Counted from the first letter of the stretch, positions 29,244-42,268 are shown. The stretch is 64,000 bases of DNA from Octopus vulgaris (GCA_951406725.2 OX597820.1:74834001-74898000); one strand, 5' to 3'. The notes: generated by a model not told the origin, from the letters alone. A program made the numbers and translations.

Positions 29244-29477
29244 CAACAAATATGTGTGTGTGTGTGTCGTTCGATGCTCAGAATGAGGAGTAGATACACG
29301 GGTGACAACTGATGAAGGGTCGTTCTTTGTGTTCCTTGTCCTGTTCTCCAATTGTATCTCTCGTTGTTTGCGCATTGAACGCATTTATTTGCGTATTTCA
29401 TGTCCTGTACCCATATATGTGTGTGTATATATATATATACATATATATATGTATATATATAAATATATATATATATG

Positions 29478-29559
<82 letters not shown>

Positions 29560-29579
29560 GTATATATATGTATATATAA

Positions 29580-29631
<52 letters not shown>

Positions 29632-29877
29632 CAATTAAGGACAACTTCTTAATAAGGAAAACTTAACAAGAAATTATCGGGTAGATAGCGTGAAAGACCT
29701 CATAAGAGAAAAAATTTCGAAAATAATTCTTTCTCATTGAACATATTAATTTATATATAGAGGACATTATTATACATATATGCCACACGCTAAGAGGGAC
29801 AAAATTAGTCATTTCTACCAAAAATTTTACTAATCCCACCGAATGCAATTTTTCAAAGTAAGACATTTAAAAATATG

Positions 29878-29924
29878 GACTTGTATCACCTGTGATTTCA
29901 TACCTCTGTATTCATCAGCAAGCC
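29878..29924 (-). ncRNA. Type I hammerhead ribozyme, apparently intact
   Basis: ggcttg-CTGATGA-atac(agag)gtat-GAA-Atcac(ag)gtgaT-A-caagtc. All three stems pair; cleavage triplet AUA. Lies within 29629-30109, bounded by the direct repeat TAGCAATTAAGGACAACTTCTT. Confidence 0.8.
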
Positions 29925-30107
29925 TGGACGTATCATAGATAAACGAACCCACCTCGTCTAAGCCGAGCAGCTAACTGATCAACATCAACGAAGCACATGG
30001 GTGAGTTTACATATATTACATCCGGTAAATGGCAGACTTTTACGAATTGCATTTCGGGGAAGGGGGAGTTTTTTAGGAATAAAAATTTAGCAATTAAGGA
30101 CAACTTC

Positions 30108-30154
<47 letters not shown>

Positions 30155-31861
30155 CATTTGACTGAATGCCACGCATCCATTTCTAAGTTTAACTTATATA
30201 TACACAGATATATCTCACTCATTTGTCCCTTTTGCCTCTGTACACAAATCATAGTGTGAGATTCAACTCTACATACGACTGGCTTATTTATTGGCCGCAG
30301 TTACCCATACAGCCTTCTTGAAGTTACCTTTTTTTCCGTGCCCATGCCATTGAGCTACCACAGCCGCGTCAGGCAACTGCATAACACATCGGGTAAGTGT
30401 CTTCTACTAAAGCGCCGGACCGATGCTTTATGAGAGAATTTGGTATATTTTTGTGTCTTTGCTTCTGTGTTTGTCATACACACACACACATACCCATACA
30501 CTTTCCACTGCCTGCCAACCTGTGTTGGGTTAGTTATCTTTTCGCAAAACTGCCGGTTAGACAAAAGAAACCAGTCTTAAAAAACGGCCTTGCGTAGTGA
30601 CATCTATTTGTTTGATTAAAACCTTTCAAAGTGGTGCCCTAGTATGGCCGCAGTTCAACGACGGAGACAAGTAAATGATAAACTGATAATTCTAAGATGC
30701 GCCTTGGCGGATGCTGTGGCATTCATCGTTAGTGATTTTAGTAAGCTGTTAGTTGATTCTGGGTCTTTCAACATCGGATCCTATCGCTTAGTTGATACAG
30801 TCAGGTCTGATCAAGACCCGGCTAAGTACTGTCGTTGATTTGTTCAACTAGAACCCTTCAAAGTGGTACACTTTCATGGCTGCAGTCCAATGACCGACAC
30901 AAGTAAAAGAGAACAGATAAAAAGTATAGTAACTACAATTATCGAAAGTGACATATAGTTTCCAAGTAGTGTTTCAGAGATTTGACATAAAATTTTATCA
31001 CTTAAAAATATGTCGTATCGTTTAGTTTCATTTTAATACCTTGCTACGATAAGAAACTTTACTTTCCTTTCTCAGCAACTCATAAACTGACACTGCAATT
31101 AAACTCACCTCATATTCAGAAATTCTAGTATATGTATCTGTCAAGAAATATACAAATTGATGTATAATATAGCTGTAAAATTATCATTTACTTTGTCTAT
31201 TATAATTTTCTATTAATTATATCTTATATCTTAGTAGTTAACGTTTTCCTGAGAGAACATTGCAGATAAGACCAATGCTTTGAATCGTTTCACTAATTTA
31301 ATTCGTTTCGCCAGGTCGCGACCTATTAATTAGCAGTAATTATAACAATCAGAATAATCGGACAGGAATCGTTCTTCCGACATATTTAGTTTCAGATTTG
31401 AGATGACAATTATAAGGAGATCAGACTGACGTTACTTGACTACTGTATTAAGTCAGATAAATACAAGCTATCAGATTCGAGGTAAACGTAATAAAAATTC
31501 CGATAGTATGATTCTGAATGCAGAAATATTCATTAAGTTACAGACGAACCTGAGTTTATAAGCTATTTGTTGGAGCACATACGTGTGTACGTGTGTGTAT
31601 GTTAGTGTGTGTGTGTGCATCCGTGTGTGTGCATGCATGTGTGTACATTTGTATACATCTATCTATCTAGCTTCCTTTGTCTGTCTATCTGTCTGTCTCT
31701 TTCTTTTTACCTTTCTTTCTTTCTTTCTTTCTTTCTCGCTTTTTCTGCCATTTCCTCTCTTTTTCTATGAGTGGATATGTGGCAAGCTGTTTGTTCCCAG
31801 CCACTTGATTTCGAGTTCACTCTTACTACATTGCACCTTGGGTGACTGTCATACATATATG

Positions 31862-32078
31862 TTTCTTTATTACCCACAAGGGGCTAAACATAGAAGGGAC
31901 AAACGGATTTAGTCGATTACATCGACCCCAGTGCCTAACTGGTATTTAATTTATCGACCCTGAAAGGATGAAAGGCAAAGTCGACATCGCCGGAATTTGA
32001 ACACAGAACGTAACAGCAGACGAAATACGGCTACGCATTTCGCCCAGCGTACTAACGGTTCTGCCAGCTCGCCGCCTT
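31862..32078 (-). mobile_element. SINE family B nested in a family A copy (31770-32400, +)
   Basis: The family A head at 31770-31850 resumes at about 32085. Confidence 0.85.
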
Positions 32079-32419
32079 ATATGCATGTAGCATCGGGCCA
32101 ACCAAAGCCTCCGGAGTGGATCTGGTACACAGAAACTGAATGAAGCCCGGCATATTCATGTCTGTGTGTGTGTGTGTGTGTGCACGCGCACCCTTGTCTT
32201 TGTGTCTGTATTTGTCCCACACCACCGCTTGACAACTGGTGTTGCTGTGTTTATATCTTCGTGGCACTGCTGTTCGACAAAAGACCCCGATAGAATGAGT
32301 AATAAGTTTAAAAGATAACTACTTGCGTCGATTCGTTCGGCTAAGATACATCAGGGCGGCGCCCCAGCATCACCGCAGTCTAATGACTGAAATAAGAAAA
32401 TGAAAAATGATAAATGATA

Positions 32420-32473
<54 letters not shown>

Positions 32474-32649
32474 CAGAAGGTCCTTAATTCTGTTGTTAAT
32501 ACTCGGCTGCGCAGCATGTATGATTTTGTTCAGTTACATATGTAAAAGTTACAGTTATAGATATGTATAACATTTATCAATCTGTCTGTATGTCCGTCTG
32601 TCTATATATCTATATATATACGTGTGTGTGTGTGTGTGTGTGTGTATGT

Positions 32650-34185
32650 ATATATATAAGGAAAATAAGACAAGGTAGAAGATGATAAAATATTTTTATC
32701 AGAAAGAACATTTTAGTAACGGTTTCTAACTTTGCGACATTTTAAAGTCTGAAAACTAATTAAATTGTGGAAAAATTAAATGAAATGTTATATTTTTTAT
32801 ACATACTTCCATAGTTTCCCCAACTCTCTCTCTCTTGCTTATGTGAAGGCTCGGTCGGTTGGTAGAAGCAGATCTGAAGAAATATTTAATATGAGGAATG
32901 TTGGTTCTGGATTTTGATTAAGCAACAACCTCCAAGGAAGGAGGCGGCGAAGAAGAAGAAGAAGAAGAAGAAGAAGAAGAAGAAGAAGAAGAAGAAGAAG
33001 AAGAAGAAGAAGAAGAAGAAAAGGAAGGAGGAAGGAAAGAAAATGAGAGAAAGAAAAAAAAAGACGGGAGTGGTATGACAGTAGTTGACTGTTCGTATAG
33101 TTTTCTTAAATGGTCAAGTAACCTAAAAGCATTAGATAAAGATATATATCATATATCATATATATTCACGACACAATTACGAACGAGTATTATGCATAAA
33201 CATATACTCTTTCCAGCAATACTACGATGTTGACAGCTTGCTTACAGTAAGTCACATACAGCAATACTAATGACCATGTCAGAAAATAACTGGAAGGGGT
33301 ATCTGGATGATTGCTTCATTCTTTGGCATGAAAGTATAGAGAGACTTAAAGCACTTGTACATAGACTTGACATAAACAATCAATTTACGATGGAATATAG
33401 CCATCAACACCTTCCATTCCTCGACATTCTCACTAAGAAATCCAACAACAAAACAAAAACTGACATATACTATAAGCCCACGGACTCCAAGTAACATCTA
33501 CCCTTCAACTGATGCCAGACACTCTAGAATGAATGTCCCCTTCAACCTGGCAAAAAAGATTTGCGCTATAGTTTCTAATACAAGCAAATATTAAAAACGA
33601 TATATTCAGAACAGTCATTACCCATGAATTTATTCAGAACAATTCCAATCACTACTGCTATAACGAGAACAAATCACTTTCAAGTCACTTGACCATTCAA
33701 GAAATTTCTACAGACAGTCTACTACTGTTATACCACTCTCTTCTTCTTCTTCTTCTTCTTCTTCTTCTTCTTCTTCTTCTTCTTCTTCTTCTTCTTCTTC
33801 TTCTTCTTCTTCTTCTTCTTCTTCTTCTTCTTCTTCTTCTACTTCTTCTTCTTCGCCGTCTCCTTCCTCGGCTACTGCTGCTTAAAAAAACCGAAATCTA
33901 GAGCCAACATCCCTCATGTTATATATTTGTTCAGATCTGGTACAACCTGCGCATCGAGCCTTCACAAAAGTGAGAGAGAGACAGAAAAAAGGAAAATGTC
34001 CACATGTTTAAAATCTATTGAAATATTAAAAAAAACCCTATTTCATTTAATTTTTCCACAATGTAATTGTTCTTCATGCTCTACTCTAAGTTGAAAAAAT
34101 TGCGAAGTCTGAAACCGGTACTAAAATATTCTTCGTAATAAAATTATTTTAGCATTTTCTTCCCTGTCCTGTTTTCCTTATACAT
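32650..34185. repeat. Diverged inverted repeat arms 32650-33020 / 33738-34185 with (GAA)n/(TTC)n, flanking the Penelope RT fragment
   Basis: For example TTGTGGAAAAATTAAATGAAAT / ATTTCATTTAATTTTTCCACAA. Confidence 0.8.
33281..33620 (+). mobile_element. Penelope-like reverse transcriptase fragment
   Basis: NWKGYLDDCFILW..FTMEYSHQHLPFLDI..TDIYYKPTDSK (ORF 33270..33494). Confidence 0.9.
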
Positions 34186-34573
34186 ATGAAGTCGTGTGTT
34201 ACCTTTCAACTTTCTACACACATACGCGCACACATACATACACACACACATACATACACGCACACATACATACACACACACACAGATACATTTGGTATTA
34301 TTTTTATTCTAACATGAACATTAGTACTGCTGTATATGACTTATACTTAAGCTATAAACGCAGTGGTATGGATGGAAAGTACATTTTTATTTGTGATACT
34401 CGATCGTAATTTTCCTGTGAATATATATGATACGTGATATATGTATATATATATGTGATTCTTACACACACACATACACATAGAAACACACATATATATA
34501 AAAACATATATATATATATATATATATTCATATAGATATACATGATATTTTGTATATATATATATATATATAG

Positions 34574-35207
34574 ACCGGAGTAAACACATAAATGTGAAAC
34601 AAGGTGGAAAAAAGAGTACTCAAATACCAGTGGTAGAGTAATATGCTTTATTTTAAGCAGCAGAAAATTCAACAAAATCTGTTACTCTGAGTTTCTCGTT
34701 GCCGTTCATCAGACAGTTTTTGCTAGAATGGAACATATATATTAATTCAATCTATACTCTTACAAACGCTATACCTTTAAAAAGAAATGGACTTGTTTGA
34801 TTGGCCCTTTAGAAAAAACGGTCAATCTTCGAGCGATAAACAAAAAGGTCAAAAATATATGTATATATATATATAAAAACTTATAAAAATTATAAAATCC
34901 GAGGAAAAAACCGAGGAAAAACCTATTGCCGTTAATGAAGACAGTACAAATTAATTTTATAATTTTTATAAGTTTTTTTATATATATATACATATATTTT
35001 TGACCTTTTTGTTTATCGCTCGAAGATTGACCGTTTTTTCTAAAAGGGCCAATCAAACAAGTCCATTTCTTTTTAAAGGTGTAGCGTTTGTAAGAGTATA
35101 GATTGAATTAATATATATGTTCCATTCTAGCAAAAACTGTCTGATGAACGGCAACGAGAAACTCAGAGTAACAGATTTTGTTGAATTTTCTGCTGCTTAA
35201 AATAAAG
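34574..35207 (-). mobile_element. Penelope-type hairpin element: near-perfect arms of about 250 bp, a 70-bp tail and a hammerhead in each arm
   Basis: Arms 34646-34898 / 34954-35207. Hammerhead ctgt-CTGATGA-acg(gcaa)cga-GAAAC-tcaga-GTA-acag at 35137-35174 (+) and 34679-34716 (-). Flanked by (TA)n. Confidence 0.85.
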
Positions 35208-35248
<41 letters not shown>

Positions 35249-36362
35249 TTGTGTGTCAGTATTAGATATATGTCACATACATAAATATATATCTATATAA
35301 TGATATTATATTACAATATATTATATGAAATTACATTTGAAATAATAAATCGATAGATAGGCATACTTTTGCGGCAAAAGTGGAGCAGAAACTTTACACA
35401 ACGTATGATTTTGTTCAGTTATATATCAAATCTAAATTGCTTGATATTTATTCTTTTAAAGTTATGACACCAACACATTAAATATCTGCAAAATACTGTA
35501 TTTGATTCAAACGTCATTGTCCAAATAATTTGTGATGTTTTATGAATGCTAGTATTAACATATCTTTTCCTGTTTCTCAGCGTACAGGGTGATGATGATC
35601 TTTGGAAAAAGATATGACGTGCCATTTACTCTTCTGTCACAGACGAAACTACATGTAATTTCTCAATGTATAATAGCATTTCTTACATGATTTTCTTTTG
35701 CCAAAATTTCTGTGACTTCAAAGGTATTTGTTCTACAGGTGAGAAACTGCAAAGCATTTTAATCCTGATATAGACATTAGTACAGCTTTAAGCAACTTAC
35801 TGGTAGCAAACTGTAAACATACCGGTAATACTGGAAAGTATATTTTTACGTGTTAATACTCGTTCGTAAATTTGCTGTGAATATTTTTTTCATTAAAAAA
35901 TCAATAGTAAATAGTTTACATGATTACTTACGTTTATATAGATAATGAAGTGTGGGCTGGGAGAATAAAGTGATATTTTTGATAAAAATCAAACATTATT
36001 ATTTATTTATATTTTGTGTTGTATTCCGTAAAATTATGTCCTCAGTTATAGGTGTTTAACGTACTCATTATTAGTTCTGGTAAATATGACAGATGTACCT
36101 TTGAACAACTCGGGCAGAGAAAAAATACAGAATATTTTAACTCGAATGCGCATATTTTTTTCTACTGTTATGCTTAATTTGAGCCAATATTCGTCGGTGA
36201 ATACTACACACACATACACACACACAGGCACACACACACGCACACACGCACGCACACACACGCATACACATTCACACGTACATACGTATCCGGGACAAGT
36301 CAGACTTCCTACTCGAGCCAAAGGCTTATAAGAGCGGTTTCCCGGAAGCTATGGCATATATT

Positions 36363-36577
36363 ATTTTCTGCTCTCGGCACAAGGTCCGAAATTTTGGGGG
36401 AGGGACCCCGTCGATTATAGCAACCACAGTGCGCAAATGGTACTTAATTTATCGACCCCGGAAGGATGAATGGCAAAGTCGACCTCGGCGGAATTTGAAC
36501 ACAGAACGTAACGGCAGACGAAATACTGCTAAGCATTTCACCCTACGTGCTAATGTTCCTGCAAGCTCACCACCTTA
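36363..36577 (-). mobile_element. SINE family B with 15-bp TSD
   Basis: GCTATGGCATATATT at 36348-36362 and 36581-36595. Confidence 0.9.
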
Positions 36578-37307
36578 GATGCTATGGCATATATTGGTGC
36601 ACCTGAAGAACGCTGTATCGTGAAAATCGAGTCGCAGGACAAACTCCAAGCTTCAGTATCAATTTTAAAAATTACATATAAATGTATGAGTCTGTGTGCC
36701 TGCGCACGCGTGTATGTGCTTGCGTGTGTGTGTGTGTATGTGTGTGTATGTGTGTAAAAAGTGCTTTCTTTCGGTGTCTGTCAATAAAGTTACACTCACG
36801 TGATGTGATAGATTAATTGTTTCCAGGAATGTGCGCAATTGTATCGATGTTTAAAGTACGCATCCTTCCCTGCGTCCCCGAAATAACCTATTTGACTGTA
36901 GTGCATAAATAAATTTATGCATCGTTTTTTTTGTGATGTGTTTCAAAGTATAAAGTCATATATTTTGTGATTAATATTTTATTGTCATACATGCACATTT
37001 AGGATCACTGCATATATGTATTTCATAGATGTATGGATATACAAAGTTTTCATTAAAAAAACTTTTTCCATGCATAGTAAATAAGAAAAATAAAATAACT
37101 TAAAAGGATGTTGTACGCAATATATGCAAATTAGATTTGTTCGAAGAGAAACAAAATGCAGTAGAGAAATGCAGCTGAGGATCTACGCAAAGTATGTAAT
37201 ATGATGTCAGTGAATAAAAACAAATCGAAAATATATTGTATTTCCTTATATAGGTTCTTTAATGATCCAATATTGTTTAGGGGAAAATCTCTTTTTGAAG
37301 TAGAACA

Positions 37308-38139
37308 CTAGATAAGTCTGTCCATAACAAGACTTTTCTCCCAAGTTATTGGTAATTTTTTATTCTTGGAGAATTTTCCTCGAAATGTTGCAAGATCATT
37401 AAAGAATTTGCGTGATGTAAGAAAATCTCTTCTGTTTGTTTTCATTCATTGACATGGCGTTACATCTATGGCTAAATTCCTCACTTGCATTGCTCAAAGA
37501 GTTTTTCAAGCATCTCATTTAAGCCTGGAATACTTCAGTTTTCATATTCGTTTTCAGTAATGAGTTTCCCATTCTAAAATCGAAGTATCTCCTTGACTAC
37601 AGACATACAGTTTACTGCGATACACATTAATATTACTTAACAGAAAACGAATAAAAACTATTTGTTTCCTTGCCTTGAGGTCTTGTCTTTCACAAATTAA
37701 CACATTTGTCTAACTTAGCCAATTAGTAACTGTATTCCGGTCATATTAACAAGAAATATTTGAAGTAAAATCTTTCGCTCAAGGAATGTTTGAGCGTGTT
37801 AAGAAATCTGATGTTGGTAAACTATAATAAATCAATTTATCTCATATAATATCATATAATGAAACTTTTCCCGTAGTTTTTGAATCTTTACAAAATGATT
37901 AATTTGGAAAAATATATAAAAAAAATTTTTTAAACATCTAAAATATATTAAATTTAGTGGACATACTATTTATCTGAATAATGAGTGTTTTTTTCTTTCT
38001 TTTTAACGCTTCTGTTGAATATTATATAGAATAAACTTACTGCTGTAAATAGGTCTATTCATATTCATTTGCGAAAGTGATTAATTTCCATTTATATTTC
38101 ATAAACTTCTAAGGCAATATATATAAAGTTAGCAAACAT
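37308..38139 (-). pseudogene. PA: Endogenous viral element: influenza-like PA N-terminal endonuclease and linker
   Basis: KFNIF* (RFEIIE), SFCKD..SLYDII*DKLIY (SICN..DLYDYKENRFIE), MLEKLFEQC (TMRKLADQS), MSMNENKQKR/DFL (MSKEVNARIEPFL), WEKSLVMDRL (RSKFLLMDAL). Several frameshifts. Confidence 0.5.
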
Positions 38140-39204
38140 TTTCAATGCAGAACATGAAAGATGAAAGCTATCAATAGGATCAAAATAGAAAGATGCGCAA
38201 AGAAAGAGCGATAGAAAATTTGTGAGAAATTGTGAATACGATAAAGAGAGGAGAGCTACAAAGAATTCTATAGGAAGAAAGAGAAACAGAGAGACAGAGA
38301 GAGAGAGAGAGATGGGCAGAGAGGGAGAGAGAGAGATGGGCAGAGAGGGAGAGAGAGAGAGAAGAGTGAGAAATAAAAGAGTATAAAAGAGACAGGCTGA
38401 AACATCTACTTCGCTACCGTTTTGTATTCCGAAATTCCATACTGACGTTTTTATTAAAATGTTGACAAAACATTCTTCCACATAAAACCAACTGTACTTA
38501 CTATTAACTCACTGCTGTTAGAAGTGCAATTTTCAACAATTATCAAGAGATTTCTAATTCAAGATTCAGATAATTTAATAGTTTCGGAGAAAAGTAAAGC
38601 AAAATTTGAAAATCAAAATTGCTGTATATAGGTTGTATGTAGAAAACATCAAAAGAAGAATGTGCATAATGAGATAGTAATGGATTATTCAACACCAGTT
38701 TTTTTTTTATTTCTACATTTTAAGCTATTTTTCGATTCTTTATTTTCCATTTTCACTTCCTCAAGTTGTAGTTGGTTTTGTTGTTTTCGTAGCTGTCGTT
38801 GTTGTCAACGTAGTCGTAGTCGTAGTAGTAGTAGCTTAGTAATAGTATTAGTATTATTATTATTATTATTATTAGTAGTAGTAGTAGTAGTAGTAGTAGC
38901 CATAGTAATGGCCTAAGTAGTGATATATTTATTGCACGATATTCAAAGAGTTAGCACAATCACGAGTGTGATAGAAAGAAAGAAAGGTTATTTTTCTGGT
39001 TAATCGCTGCTATTTTGTTACCGGCGAGTGATTTTTAGAGGAGAAAAAAAAAGACATATCGATCTAGATCTCAAGCGCACACACGCACATCTACACACAC
39101 ACACACACACATACACACAAAAACAAACACACACACACACACATACATTCATTTATTCATATGTAATCGTATGTAGCCTGCCCTCGGTGTATATAGTATA
39201 TCGT

Positions 39205-39436
39205 TTCTGCTAAATACCTATTTCTTTATTACCCACAAGGGGCTAAACAAGGACAGACATAGGTATTAAGTCGATTACATCGACCCCAGTGCGTAACTGG
39301 TACTTAATTTATCGACCCCGAAAGGATGAAAGGCAAAGTCGACCTCGGCGGAATTTGAACTCACAACGTAACGCAGACGAAATACCGCTGAGCATTTCGC
39401 CCGACGTGCTAACGCTTCTGCCAGCTCGTCGCCTTG
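39205..39436 (-). mobile_element. SINE family B
   Basis: Near-consensus copy. Confidence 0.9.
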
Positions 39437-40100
39437 CTAAATACCGTGTAAGTATTGTATGTATGTATGTATGGATGGATGGATGGATGGATGGATGGAT
39501 GGATGGATGTATTATGTATGTATGTGCGTATGCATGTGTGTATGTATGTGTCTATGTATGTACGTAGTTATGTACATATGTGTCTATATATGTATATATG
39601 TATGCATGCATGTATATATACCTACAAATATATATGTACGTATGTTTCTATTTATCGTGTATGTATATACGCATGTATGTATGTGCTATGTGTGTACGTA
39701 TGTAAGTACGTACGTTTGTATTTATCATATAGCTATGTATGTGTGTATGTATGTATGTTTTTGATTTGTATTATTTCTTTTATTTTAAATTTTTTCTTTT
39801 TTAATAAATATATGAGGTGTGGATAGAACTCCTCTGTTCATCCAAGCCCTGGCGAAAGCAGTCTATTGAGAAGAAAGTAACTCTGAATTTAAATATTTCA
39901 CTGCTGTCTTGTAGTTAGCTTTTGGTTGGGCAAAGACTGGGAGAAGGGCATTCTGATATAAAACATGCGACTGCAAATGCACCAACTGATGTCGACCTGC
40001 TCTTCTTTTTGGATCATGCTTTAGGAATGGCTGCTGTGCAAAACCTCTCCTCACTTTAAAAAGTGTGAAGCACAGGTATTGCTGGAGAGGAAAAAGAAAT

Positions 40101-40652
40101 GGACATCTATCTTGTCCAGGATATTAATCGTCTGGAAGCCGTTCAGCGACGTGCAACCAAGAGAATACCCATTTGCCATATTCTCAACGCCTTACTTCCC
40201 TGGGCATGGACACATTGAAACTCCGACGTCTGGCAGCTGACTTGGCAGACACGCATGAAATTATTAACGATCTTACGAACAATAACTCTGAGCACCTTTT
40301 CAAACTCCACCTGTCTAACACCTGTGTACATGTTTACAAAGTCAGAAAACAGCACAGCTCCCATGACTTTCGGAAACCTTTTTTTCACACTAAGAGTTGC
40401 TGAAGCATAGATCAGACTGCCGGAATTAGTTGTTAGTTGTCGGAGCACTGCATCCTTTAAAACTACCATGCTTCCTGAGATTCACCAACACTACAACTGA
40501 TTTCCCCCCCTCCATACACACGCAAGCATGTATCTGACTCATACACTGTTCGCTTTCCAGACATTTTTACATTACTGCATATACTTTATATGTACTTTTG
40601 ACAAGTTGTGGTGCACCTGAGCACTGTATACAATAATTTCATTATCATTATT
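40101..40652 (+). mobile_element. CR1-clade LINE 3' fragment
   Basis: DINRLEAVQRRATKRIP..PYSQRLTSLGMDTLKLRRL. The 3' UTR ends in ATT repeats. Confidence 0.88.
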
Positions 40653-40959
40653 AATCTCGTATGTCCATGGCTGGCCGAAGCTTAAAAAGGCACATCTAAA
40701 CAATAAAAATTCATATTCAAGTGTGATGTATGTAAGTGAATCTGTTTCATTAACATTTGACGTACTTGAAAGTGTTTCAAACTGAAGCACGTAAAAGTTT
40801 TTGAATTAAGATGACTGTATAAACCAGAATTTCATTCAGTTTTTCAAACAATCAAGAATCACTGAAAACTAGAATCCTCTATAATTTCTTGCATTATCGG
40901 TAGTTTTGCTTGTATGAAGTTATTTCTTTCTAAAGGTTAATGCAGGTTAGTGTTTTCTA

Positions 40960-42268
40960 GATATGTACAAACCTCATATTGAAGGAGGAAAACTTGTTCT
41001 GATGTCACTGAATTATAAATTATGGACATCTGTGTATGGATTCAATACAGGTTTGAACTGAAGAGTATAGGTTGCTCGTTGATGAAGCTTTACTGCTGTA
41101 AGTTTTGAAGAATTTAAGAATAATATCATTCTCACGGCTCCGTGGCTTCCATATTTTATATGTAACATACCTTTAGTTGCTTGGAAAGGTGTTAACCTGA
41201 AGGAATTCTGCGATAGTGACAGCTGCTAGAAGTCAGATGTTTGATGGGAAATTTAATAGTATATCCTAATGTTGTGGATTAGAATGTCAGATGGAATCCT
41301 TTATTTATTTCTTGTCGGAAAATCTTACTTTCTGAGTTCATACAGAGATTAAGAAAATATTGTACCATTTGTTATCAGATTCGGTAGGGGATAAGTGCTT
41401 ACAGATTAGATGTCTGAGTCTCCACGTTCAGATTTCATATTCCAAAGAGCTCCAAGATCCTATCTTCTGTCTTAGATTGATTTAAGGAAAAACTAGTCAA
41501 CAAGTGTGGGATGGGAAACTTCATAGTATATCGTAATATTAAGGATAAGAATGTTAGATGGAATCCTTTATTTCTTGACGGAAAATCTTACTTCCTGAGT
41601 TCATACAGGGATCAAGAAAATGTACTATTTTAATCAGAATTGGGACAGGATAAGGACTTCACGTTCTGATTTCATATTCCAAAGAGATTGAAGTTTCTAT
41701 CATCTGTCTTGCATTGATTAATAGAAAAGCTAGTGAAGCAGTGTCAAAAAAATTATCATAAGGCTAGTTATCTGATTAGCAAGTCGGATAACTAACCAAG
41801 ATAACAACAGTCCCTCTGAATGAAACACCAATCTGTGGCTGGGTTCAAGTCCAGCTGGGACGGGACAGTTCGATTAAGCCGACCTCAGTAATAGAATGTG
41901 TTATTTTATAGATTCCGAACGGATGAAAGCAAGTTCACCGCGGTGGGGTTTGACCTCAGACCCTAAAGTGACAGAAGAAATGCCGCTAAGCATTTTTCCC
42001 GAAATGCGAAGGATTTTACCAACTTGCCGCCCTGGAAAAATTATATAATTCCATTTTAATCACCTCGAGAACTTGACATGTACGTTATGATATTGCTTCA
42101 TTCACAGCAGAAATGCTTTATAAATTCCTTTACTGCATGTCATATTTGAACAAAATGTAAATACAGGGTAACTAAATTCATTTAAACAGGAATTGAAGCT
42201 AGTGTCTCTGCAGAGAGTCTAAATCAAAACATGATATGAATTCCTTAATCAGAAGTGACTTATCTTAA
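40960..42268 (+). pseudogene. PA: Endogenous viral element: influenza-like PA C-terminal domain, with internal tandem duplication and SINE insertion
   Basis: DMYKPHIEGG..LNYKLWTSV ([21 protein letters not shown]), FEEFKNNIILTAPWL (QNEFNKACELTDSSWI), LYLFLVGKSY..NIVPFV (LYGFIIKGRSH..DVVNFV), KASYLISKS (KVCRTLLAKS), IASFTAE (LEGFSAE). Motifs are colinear. Confidence 0.62.
41860..42032 (-). mobile_element. SINE family B, degenerate, inserted in the PA-like EVE
   Basis: GGATGAAAGC..TTTGACCTCAGA..GCCGCTAAGCATTTT. Confidence 0.75.

Larger units (their letters stand above)
30155..36060 (+). pseudogene. PB1: Endogenous viral element: influenza-like PB1 N-terminal part and RdRp motifs F/A/B/C/D, in pieces between host repeats
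   Basis: 30155-30325 YISLICPF..IGRSYPYS (AISTTFPY..VNRTHQYS). 30690-30815 RCALADAVAFIVS (DCVLEAMAFLEE). 31400-31582 RYLTTVLSQIN (DFLKDVMESMN). 32473-32555 RRSL/RLRSMYDFVQ (RRAI..QIRGFVYFVE). 35570-35605 FLSVQGDDDLW (motif A, FTITGDNTKW). KHFNPD (KYFNDS). About 35907 VNSLHDY (motif C, LQSSDDF). About 36025 FRKIMSSVIGV (FYRTCKLLGI). Catalytic residues are degraded. Confidence 0.5.
38420..40900 (+). pseudogene. NP: Endogenous viral element: influenza-like nucleoprotein, split by microsatellites, a SINE and a CR1 insertion
   Basis: DVFIKMLTK (RFYIQMCTE), LTINSLLLE (LIQNSLTIE), HNEIVMD (MRELVLY), IFRGEKKR (FWRGENGR). At 39820-40100: IELLCSS..KKVTL, MAAVQNL, STGIAGEEKEMD (IFLARSA..HKSCL, SAAFEDL, STRGVQIASNENMD). 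After the CR1: HGWPKL..VSLTFDV (RYWAI..QPTFSV). Confidence 0.52.

Noticed and set aside
29232-29320. Permuted hammerhead using CCCGAAA at 29235
   Set aside because: The GAAA half appears to belong to the end of a Tc1-like remnant.
35805-35885. Minus-strand AG..GTAAGT-bounded host exon (QIYERVLTRK..)
   Set aside because: The paralogous copies do not keep the frame, no neighbouring exons were found, and the + strand fits PB1.
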